Positions 52,801 through 61,220 of a stretch of 61,220 nucleotides of DNA are shown piece after piece. Origin of the DNA: Stylophora pistillata (taxonomy: Eukaryota). The position numbers and the translations under genes were made by a program. Position 1 is the first letter of the stretch, and each line of letters starts with the position of its first letter. The DNA lies in assembly GCF_002571385.2 (NCBI RefSeq), contig NW_019217798.1, forward strand, positions 1,044,824 to 1,106,043. The letters are read 5' to 3'. Below the pieces are notes generated by a model. It saw nothing but the letters and a program-made list of their open reading frames with translations. It made no database searches and was not told the DNA's origin.

Positions 52801-55800
52801 TTACAACTTTGCCACCGTTAAAGGAAACCTCCACCAACGAAACAAAATTGTCGGCACAAATGGAAATAAAGTCTTCAGTCAGGTAAAAAATCAAAATAGA
52901 TATTGGCTATTTTTTTCGGAATTTTGCCTGTGGCGCTTAACAGGTGCTACTAGTATCCGCGTGATCTCCTTGGAACTCAGCGGAAAAAGTGGAAACCATA
53001 TCACGTCAAACGATCCACAATGGTACCTGCCCTGAATTTCAAGCATAAAAGGGGCTTGAATTTGTGTCCAGTTTTTATAAATTTTAGTTCTTGCTTCGCA
53101 ACTGTATTTTTAGCGACTCTTCATTTTACCAGACGTTTTCAATAGTTTAACGCCAACATGTGTGACCCGCTGCGTCAGTACGAGGAAAATAGGAGCATTT
53201 CTTTTGTACTAATATCATCAAATTTATTTGTGCAAATTAATTAACTTCCAGATCGCTCGTAACGAAAAACAGTGGAAAAACTGGTTTGACAAGGATGCAC
53301 CTGAAGAAGCGGACATTCCTGATGGATATGCAAACTCGTTGGACACGTTTAGAAAACTCCTGCTTATCAGGTTTGGTATTACCCAAGGAACTTATATTTT
53401 TTTGGAAAAATTAATTTGCTAATATAGAAAACGGCTCTTTCAAAAATACCGTAAGCATGTTGAAAAAACAAAGGCAAAAGAAAACAGAAACAAAACCAGC
53501 AAGCAGACAAAAGTCAAAAAGTTGTAAATAAGCAATTTGCTCACGGATATGCTTGGAGATGATAATTATCTTGAGTTTATCTCATTTGTCCTGTGGGTGG
53601 TAATAAAGGAATTGATGCGAATTGGGAGACTAATAAAGGCATTTACAGAAATTTGTAGACTGAAAACTTTAGGCGTCAAACGAACTGCCCCTCAGATACC
53701 AGTTAAGCACTACTTGTAACTGAGTTACGAAAGCTATTACCTGGAGTGTGGCAGGTTTTATTGGTTGCCTTGATCTTCGTTCGGATATTTGATAACAGTG
53801 TCTAAAAATTAGTTTGTGTTTACACATGTGAATGCCAAGTTACGAGCTAATACTCACAGATAATGGTTTTCACGACTTTCACTCAAATCATTAGATCTTG
53901 GTGTCCCGACCGAACCATGGCGCAGGCGCGGAAGTTCATCGCTGAGTCTATGGGACCCAACTACGCTGAGAACGTTATCCTCGATTTGGAGAAGACTTGG
54001 GAAGAGAGTGATAACAAAACACCGCTGATTAACTTTCTGTCCATGGGCTCAGATCCGACAAGCCAGATTGAAAACCTTGCCAAGAGACACAAGTTCGGTA
54101 AGGAACAAAGGAGACATTCAGGGTTTCAACAAAATTTTAGCACGGATTTCATTTTTGAACTGGGATACATTAGAGCATAAGAGGGTCAATTCTAGATATC
54201 AAATCTATGACAATTTTACTCCAAAAACAATCTCACCCATTTTGGTTTTTTTTAGATTGTTCAGTTTTCTGGAATCCTTTTAGGATCTAGTATTTTATTT
54301 CAGGGTTGACATCCCATACGATGTCAAAATTAGTTTGGAATATGCGAGGTACATGTGCCATCATTATAGGGATATCAGACACGCTAAACTTGGACCTAGA
54401 AGTAACTTGAGTGGGATTTCCTTTGGAATTAATTTTCTCTTGAATCGGAAAGAAACCAACAAGAGTAAAAATTGTGCCCTTAGATGTTACACAGCTTGTC
54501 CTAAAACTAATTTATTTTCCTTCTCAAATGCAGATTGCCGAGCCATTTCCATGGGACAAGGACAAGAAATTCACGCTAGGAAACTAGTCGGACAGTTCAT
54601 GCAAACGGTATGTATCCAGCCTGCGAATGATGCTTTACAACTTCTTAAGCAGACACTATCAAGACATAGAACAAGGGGTTACTCGCACGATTTTTTGTTG
54701 GCATGGCTCCCGTCATTCTAGTTCATGCAGAACTTATATTTGTATGGAGAGTCGCTGGTTATAAAATGAAAAGTGGGGTTTTGGGTGCGTCACTTCACGT
54801 GGTATGTAGCTAGCTTAGCTTTCATTGACTAATGGTTGCAGTGATTTTCCGTTCAATGCAAATCTCTTCTGGAATTTATGGTGTGATTATAAGGAAGAGG
54901 TCTACAGACCATGTGCTACAGGAAATGAGAACAGACGTTCGAGGACAACCTGTTTATTAAAATTTATTGTCTGTCGTTTTAGGGCGGATGGGCTCTTCTT
55001 CAGAACTGTCACCTTGGTTTGGAGTTCCTGGATGAGCTCATGGATACCGTTGTAGACACTGAGCAGGTTCACGACGGGTTCAGATTGTGGATGACCACAG
55101 AGGAACATGTTCACTTTCCCATTGGCCTCCTGCAGGTTTGTGGGCGAACCTATATTGCCATCTTTTCTCACATTCCTTCCTGTTTTAAAAGCCGGTTTTG
55201 CTTCGTTTTCGTTGGAAACAAAGACTTTGTATGGCAGTGGAAGATTTAGAAGAAAACGATGCATACGCACTAAAATTTAGATTGCCACAGCTTTTCAAAA
55301 TAAACAAATTCAAATGGTTAGATCATGGGAAAGTATTTCATTCGTAGTTTTTAAAGAATTGTATGCCAAACAACTCACGGTCATGTTTTCATTTCATAAA
55401 TGAAATTGACAGATGTCAATAAAATTCACCAATGAGCCTCCCCAGGGACTTCGAGCTGGACTCAAACGAACCTATAATGGTGAGTTGGTTTGGAATACTC
55501 CTTTCTGATCTTACTTTCCTAAACTACTCTCGTAAATGGTTCTTAACTGCCGATAATTCACTGTGTTTGCAGGAATCAGTCAAGACCAACTGGATGTCAG
55601 TAACCTTCTTCAGTGGAAACCGATGTTGTATGGTGTGGCTTTTCTCCATTCAACCGTTCAGGTAAGAATCTAAGTTTTCTCATTTATTACGTTTGAAGTT
55701 GTTAGCTGTTCTCAGTTCCAGTACTAGTAAAGCTGGCACCTTAATATTATGTTTTTCTGTTTGTGAAATGTTTCTTCCAACTCGAGGGTTCTTCCTTTCA

Positions 55801-58800
55801 CTTTCAGTGAACTAGTGTGTTAGCTTGACAATGTGGATTACATTGACACTTGCTCCATATCTGTAGAGAAAGATAAAGTCATAGAATATGCAAAACAGGC
55901 TTTTTAAGGCGGGCATCGTTAATCCTTTTTCCAACCAAAAGGAACACGCCCTCTTCTTAAATGTAGCATGTTGCTGATACTGAAAAATTAATGCCCAACG
56001 TTTTTGAAGGAATCAAAAATACGTCAACTCTTAATTTATTTTTATTGGCTTAAAAGTACGTCGCTACTTTCAAGAAAACTTTTCTATCTTTTTTCTTCAG
56101 GAGCGCCGAAAGTACGGGCCTTTAGGATGGAATATACCATACGAATTTAACCAAGCAGACTTTACGGCCAGTGTGCAGTTTGTTCAAAATCATCTGGACG
56201 ACATGGACATCAAAAAGGGCGTGTCTTGGAACACAGTGCGGTACATGTTGGGAGAGGTGCAGTATGGAGGAAGAGTTACAGATGACTTCGACAAACGACT
56301 GCTGAACACCTTTGCCAAGGTTTTTGACATTTTTTACTTTCCCTTGAACCTGAGTTCAGGCGGGCTTTGAATCTCTGTGCATGACATCATTCTAGACTCT
56401 AAGTGAGTCTGTGTTTTTTTCCAAAGTTATGTCTAGCTAGATTTATTTACTCTTGACAAGGTTGTACCTGGAGTATCAAACGATTAGTGATCATAACAAT
56501 AACTTTAATAATAGTAATAATTGTGGTAATATTGATTTATTAATACTCTGATACAGTCACCGATTCACAAGGGCTGAGACAGATCTTAAACCTCCGATAT
56601 TGCTTATCGTTCTTCTGGTTCTTAACCACTTTCAACATGAAGGTAGAAACTTATCTACGTCCTATTCAGAACACACGCATCTAATGCCGTAATAATACAC
56701 AAATGGCCGAATGGCAGAAAGCAAAAAAGTTAAGTTCTTGCCATTTGGCGTGCAAGTAAACCTGGCCCTAAATCGCTATTTCCTTGCTGATTCCTTTACA
56801 GGTTTGGTTTAGTGAATCGATGTTTCAGCAAAGCTTCAACTTCTACAAAGGTTACACCATTCCAAAGTGTACTTCAGTACCGCAGTATATGGACTACATT
56901 GACACTCTTCCCCTTGTGGACTCCCCTGAGGTGTTTGGTCTTCATCCAAACGCAGACATCACGTGAGTTATGTCTAATACATCAAATATATTTTCACCAT
57001 CGTTGTTGCAGTCTAGTGTCTGTTCATTATACATTCAAGAAACCGTATTTCGCGATCGCAAGAGGTATATAAAAATCTATTTATGGCAACTATTTTTTTT
57101 TTCGATATCCGAGGAACTGTTTGTCTGTTAAAGACACCCTTATTCTTCTCGATTTGTTCTAGTTACCAGAGTAACCTGGCCAAATCTTGCCTGGACACTA
57201 TTCTCAGCATTCAACCGAAAGATAGCTCTGGTGGCGGAGGAGAAACCCGCGAGGCTGTTGTCCAGCGGTTGGCTGATGACATGCTTGATAAGCTACCTGA
57301 AAACTACATTGCGCATGAGGTGAGCTGAATTACTGCCGTTTCTTAACACTTTGAATATTGTACGGATTGCAATTTTTGTTTTCTATTTGCGGGATTTCAT
57401 GAACAGAAATGGTGAAGTGGTGAGAAAAAATCCAACACCTTGTAAACCCTTTCTTATCAGCAAATATATTATCAGGAATGAAGTGACCTTTCCAATTACC
57501 ATCTTTCTAGCGTAATAACTCGATTTGCAAGTTACGACTTGCAAGATGCCTGTTCATGGTAAACTCGCTTTTGTCTAAACCGATCCTGTTGTCTTTCAAT
57601 GGTCTCCGTTTGCCATCACGTGGCATCAGTTTGGCATCACGTTTGTGCACGTGTTTCCGGAAAACATGTTGCTATCAGTGTAAATCTTGGCTCTGGATTA
57701 CAGGATAGAGTGTTTTATCTTTAAGATAACTTTCACATAGCTCGACGCGAGAAATGTGAATTGCGGTGTTTGTAGGGTTGACTTGAAGAAGTATGTTTAT
57801 ATTCTCATATTGTTAACAAATAGCAATTGAATGTCCGAATTTATTTCGGAAGTTTCTACGCTTGTCTTTGAAAAGTAGTAACAGGTATTCTTCGATATTA
57901 GGTCAAATCTAGACTACAGAAAATGGGCGCTCTTTCTCCGATGAATATTTTCTTGAGGCAAGAAATTGACCGAATGCAAAGGGTTATAACCGCTGTACGG
58001 CAGACACTGACGGACCTTAAACTTGCCATCGATGGAACTATTATTATGAGCGAGGTAGGTTTTGTACGTTCTGACTAATGTGTTCATTTTGAAATAATGG
58101 ATTTCCTATCTTTCAGTGTAGTAATATTGACAATTTTACGGGAGATGAACATGCAGCGCTGCACTAGTATCGTGTAAATGCTAGAGTGATTCAATTGATT
58201 TACCAACAAATAAACTGTACTGCCTGTAAAAAGAACGAGAAATTCAAATTCTGTCTATCAATGCTGTCAATCGATGCTGTGAAGAATTCTTCGTTAATTA
58301 CACGGTTAGAAACTGTGTTCATCTACCGTTGAATGAAGGAGCACGCACAAGTCTCAACCAATAGCCCATTTCCAAATTACCCTTGGCTTCATTTTTCAAA
58401 CGCATCCTGGTTCTCATCCTTTCATATGTTAATCCTTTTTCATTCACATGCAAATTAAACTCATTTTCACAAGAATGGTTGAGCACCAGGCCTCGTTTTG
58501 AAAAAGAGGTAATTAGGAAATGGGCTATTTAGAATGGCGTTTTTGCATAATAATGAATACAGTTTTGTGAGCAAATGAGATTACAGATTTCTTTGATTTT
58601 TTTAATGGGACTTAGATATTGTTTTATTGTTATGGGAAATACAAACGCAGTTACTTTTTTTCCTCTCTTTGTTCCTACTTGCTTTGTTTGTGAAGACTCC
58701 AACATCGAATGAGTTATTCACAAAGCTTATTCATTTCATTCTTTTTTTCGCCCACGTTGTTGCTCCCTTTCAGACTCTCAGAGATTCGCTTGATTGTATG

Positions 58801-60615
58801 TACGATGCCCGAATTCCTACTCACTGGAAAAAGGTATGTTAAAACGAGGGAAGCGTTGTTAATGTTTACAAGGGCGAATAAGTTTTAAACGCCATCACTC
58901 GTCGAGCGATTTTGGCGCTAATCCACTAGCTTAAATTCACTTTCTTCTGCGATTTTTTCGCAAATCTACCAGTGCTTAAAGTGGCAAGTTGACTGTGTAC
59001 GGAGTTTATACCGCAGCAAAGAAAAACAACTGCACGCCAAAAACGTTTTATTAAACAGTTAGACTATGTTTTTGAGATTTCCATCGGGTGATTGTTGACG
59101 AGAATGGAGCCCGAATCAACTCTCTTGCCTAAAAAACGAAGAGCGAATGATCCAATTGGTGTTATATGAATGACTATTCCTTTAAAACTTGCCAATAAGA
59201 CAGGCTCATGTTATTATAGGAAAATTTAAAAAAAATAGGCCCCGCCACTTGCACCCATTTCACTCTCTATCGTTCAGGGAGTTGATAGCGAATAGTTTTG
59301 CAAATTAGTCGATCTCAAAGGTTTGGTCACCAAGCATACAACTGTTCAATTGAGTATTTGTTGTCTCTTTAACTCACCCTAGTTGTTGCCAATTTAGTTA
59401 TGGTCTTTTTCACCTTTGTGTCACTCCAGATATCATGGGAATCCTCCACGCTCGGATTTTGGTACACAGAACTGTTGGAAAGAAATAACCAGTTTAGAAG
59501 CTGGTGTTTTGAAGGAAGACCCAATGTGTTTTGGATGACAGGATTCTTTAACCCACAAGGATTCCTAACCGCCATGAGACAGGTAAAGATTGCGGGACGT
59601 CATCTCAGGCTTATGTCGACTTACTCAACGCTGTTGAACAGACATTTAAGTGTTGTTCACTTCTCACTTACCAGCCCAGCGAAGATTTCATCCAGACCTA
59701 ACAACCTCACAGTCACTACTTGGATTTTCTTAGCTACTTCCGTTCCCTGTGTGGGTTTAAAGGAAAAGGTTGGCCATGAGCCAACAGGCTCATCCCTTCA
59801 AAGAACAAATAAACAAATAAGCTGAAGCAAATTGCCCAAAAACAAAAGCAACCAAATTGGAAGAAAACAGAGACAAACAAACAAAAACACTTATATTGAT
59901 GCAACTAGAGCTGTTGGGGAGAGCAAATGTTAGCTTTTCACCGGTCTAAAGATTTCCGTTTTTTGTTTTGTTTTTGTTTTTGTTTTTTTAATATTTTATT
60001 GTCCTCTGTATTTATATATTTATTTATTTCGTTTTCTTCAGCCATGGGTGTTTTGTTATTCGCGGACGCACCTCAACACTAACGGCCCATTGTAGCCTAT
60101 CAGCAAAATTCACAATCAACCCTCACAAATTTCCATATTCTTAGATGAGCTTGCAAAGAGAAAATTTGAACACTAGATGTGAATCAATCCATAAAAATTT
60201 CTTAGAAGCCACTATTGTCGTTTTGCAGGAAGTGACGCGCGCGCACAAGGGATGGGCCTTGGACTGTGTGGTTCTCCACAATGACGTCACACGGTTTTTT
60301 AAGGATGACATCGCTCAGCCGCCAGCAGAAGGGGTATATGTGCACGGGCTTTACCTTGATGGTGCTGGGTGGGACCGGAGAGGCTGTAAACTGGTGGAAC
60401 CCACGCAGAAGGTCCTTTTTACGTCCATGCCAGTCATTCACATCTATGCAATCAATATAACAGCTGGACGTGATGCCCGGATGTACCAGTGTCCGATATA
60501 TAAGAAGCCCAAGAGAACAGATTTGACGTACATTGCAAGCGTGGACTTAAAAACCAATCAGAATCCAGATCACTGGATTTTACGTGGTGTGGCTTTATTG
60601 TGCGACATCAAGTAA
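16824..60615 (+). CDS. DNAH5: Axonemal outer-arm dynein heavy chain, DNAH5/DNAH8-type; 5'-partial in this window, 72 exons traced
   Basis: Contiguous in-frame GT-AG exons: 16824-17000,17235-17348,17803-17910,18813-19259,19702-19787,20600-20927,21174-21380,21879-22196,22708-23845,24278-24513,25293-25397,25922-26035,26644-26706,27489-27727,28364-28604,28987-29186,29644-29797,29886-30049,30190-30292,30632-30736,31019-31180,31616-31840,32283-32535,32954-33052,33440-33610,33736-33947,34305-34439,35133-35294,35505-35751,36526-36767,36965-37105,37444-37678,38091-38233,38613-38870,39362-39575,39897-40006,40222-40508,40968-41037,41266-41388,41655-41785,42444-42762,42831-43057,44064-44286,44641-44742,45155-45229,45307-45474,46263-46391,46571-46657,47144-47281,47666-47793,48182-48350,49327-49482,49783-50028,50519-50611,50830-50934,51269-51407,51681-51795,51924-52080,52571-52726,53252-53370,53895-54097,54534-54607,54983-55135,55413-55479,55573-55661,56101-56319,56802-56962,57163-57319,57902-58054,58774-58833,59430-59582,60229-60615. 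Four P-loops: [32 protein letters not shown]. Also [22 protein letters not shown], the stalk/microtubule-binding segment [11 protein letters not shown] and the C-terminus [33 protein letters not shown] and the C-terminus point to the DNAH5/8 class; DNAH5 versus DNAH8 is not resolved. Confidence 0.95.
18358..18545 (+). repeat. Dispersed repeat with an internal tRNA-like module (copies also at ~1071-1280, ~20225-20563, ~44900-45050)
   Basis: Shared 5' segment (ctttcgacattgct...gtgtcaca) followed by a decayed A box and B box (ggtctgaggttcg...catgg..ctcaga) and a T-rich run. Confidence 0.55.
23890..24100. mobile_element. HH-A repeat, palindromic degenerate copy
   Basis: Minus-strand motif tgacaaaggcatacgctcgaaatgtcag at ~23945-23972; arms tttatcaactgag / ctcagttgatgaaa; family tail ccaccgacgcag...cccctttatt. 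Confidence 0.7.
26811..26943. mobile_element. PIF/Harbinger-like MITE with internal repeated ctatcc..ggata palindromes
   Basis: Ends ggacccagtt / aaccggggcc; internal gctatccagcggata and cagtggatagc. Confidence 0.55.
27178..27395. mobile_element. HH-A repeat, palindromic (antisense half followed by sense copy with hammerhead motif at 27241-27278)
   Basis: gagctctgacaaagggctaacgctcgaaacgtcagctt (core G8 mutated to A). Left arm ttttggttttatccactgagtt is the near reverse complement of right arm aactcagttgataaaaccaaaa. Confidence 0.75.
43545..43933 (+). mobile_element. SINE copy with an internal 14-bp minisatellite and (TTTACC)n tail
   Basis: 3' half matches the 8441 SINE (cctctctcca...atactcctagtcgcttcatgct); tail ttacctttacctttacctttacatttacc. 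Confidence 0.75.
43607..43718. repeat. Minisatellite, 8 x 14 bp (CCGAGTCGAGAGGG)
   Basis: Units start at 43607, 43621, 43635, 43649, 43663, 43677, 43691 and 43705. Confidence 0.95.
45590..45881. mobile_element. Non-autonomous element: terminal ~105-nt branched hairpin plus 21-bp perfect inverted repeats
   Basis: Hairpin 45590-45694; inverted repeat ttagtataatttcagagctga (45695-45715) / tcagctctgaaattatactaa (45861-45881). Confidence 0.8.
48708..48989. mobile_element. Decayed MITE
   Basis: Imperfect ends ttttcaattgagtgtagaaa / tttacgacacttagttaaaaa. Confidence 0.5.
49103..49279. mobile_element. MITE with imperfect TIR and flanking CATCCA direct repeat
   Basis: caggactcgacactaac / gttagagtcgagccatg; CATCCA lies immediately on both sides. 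Confidence 0.6.
58360..58529. mobile_element. MITE with 14-bp TIR
   Basis: aatagcccatttcc / ggaaatgggctatt. Confidence 0.75.
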
Positions 60616-61013
60616 AAGTTGATTTATCAACAATTCCATGGGGTAGACAATGACTTTTATGTTGTAGAAACTATCCTCTGATGTAATTGTGTGACGTTAC
60701 ACTGTGCCGTGTCACGCAACACGACAATCCCTTTCAGAGCACTACTATAGTACATTCAGAGATTCATAGAGTATATAGTTCTTCAAATTTTATTTATTGA
60801 CATAACTTTTTATCTTATGCACAAAGATTCACTGTGATAACATGTTTTAATCACATCCTACTGTTCACCTACAGTTGAACCAATTATTATTTTAAGTCTC
60901 GATTAATGAATATTCCTCTTCTACCGAAAAGTAAATACTATTAAGTGTGGAATGTCGCAATTGATAGCTTTGCCTCTAAAGTCTCAGTAATTTATTTGAG
61001 AGTGAATCTTGTA

Positions 61014-61217
61014 GAATAAACGTACTAACTAAAAGCACACACAACCCACAATTCCTCTATTCGCTCCGACGAAGGGCTAACGCTCGAAACGTCAGCTTTT
61101 GTAATCGTTACGGTGGCCAATTTACCATTTCAACTTTGTTGATATATCCAAATTATTTCGTTACTCCCACCGACGCAGCCCCAAACAGTTTCTTTCGAAA
61201 CTATCAGCCTTTATTCA
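61014..61217 (+). mobile_element. Hammerhead-bearing dispersed repeat (family HH-A), best-preserved copy
   Basis: GCT CCGACGA A GGGC-TAAC-GCTC GAAA C GTC AGC at 61063-61096, followed by the family tail (...caactttgttgata...cccaccgacgcag...cagtttcttt...ctttattc) shared with the copies at ~1290, 8240, 10840, 23890 and 27180. Bounded by gaataaa...tttattc. Confidence 0.75.
61063..61096 (+). ncRNA. Minimal type I hammerhead ribozyme motif (U4C variant core), predicted cleavage after GUC at 61093
   Basis: Stem I GCU/AGC, core C(C)GACGA, 4-bp stem II GGGC/GCUC, GAAA, and palindromic ACGU in place of stem III, as in minimal hammerheads associated with Penelope-like elements. Confidence 0.6.
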
Positions 61218-61220
61218 TTT

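Noticed and set aside
16824-60615. Non-canonical or U12 introns, frameshifts or pseudogenisation in the dynein gene
   Set aside because: All 71 traced introns read GT-AG with compatible phases, and no in-frame stops were seen.

Overview
Eukaryotic, intron-rich animal DNA. The gene set and repeat families suggest a cnidarian, probably a stony coral (inference). It contains three + strand genes. (1) A class A GPCR with an intronless CDS (4053-5021). (2) A 5-exon ubiquitin-conjugating E2 variant, UBE2V/MMS2-like (7186-12872). (3) A DNAH5/DNAH8-type outer-arm axonemal dynein heavy chain, traced through 72 exons from 16824 to its stop at 60615; roughly the first 260-270 residues are not found, and an assembly N lies upstream at 15802. 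Introns and intergenic DNA are full of short non-autonomous elements: tRNA-headed SINEs, hAT-, piggyBac- and Harbinger-like MITEs, a LINE 3' end and a CGGBP1/hAT zinc-finger relic. The most interesting signals are non-coding: (a) a dispersed, often palindromic repeat carrying a minimal type I hammerhead ribozyme motif at 6 loci, plus relics of two other hammerhead families; the best-preserved copy supplies the first AATAAA after the dynein stop; (b) an element whose end folds into a strand-specific branched hairpin built from GAA triloops and GA linkers; (c) a SINE flanked by a ~68-bp duplication; (d) a triplicated hairpin/G-quadruplex unit in the UBE2V 3' UTR. No CRISPR array, rRNA or convincing tRNA gene was seen. 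All coordinates were read by eye, and family names come from recalled motifs, not database searches.
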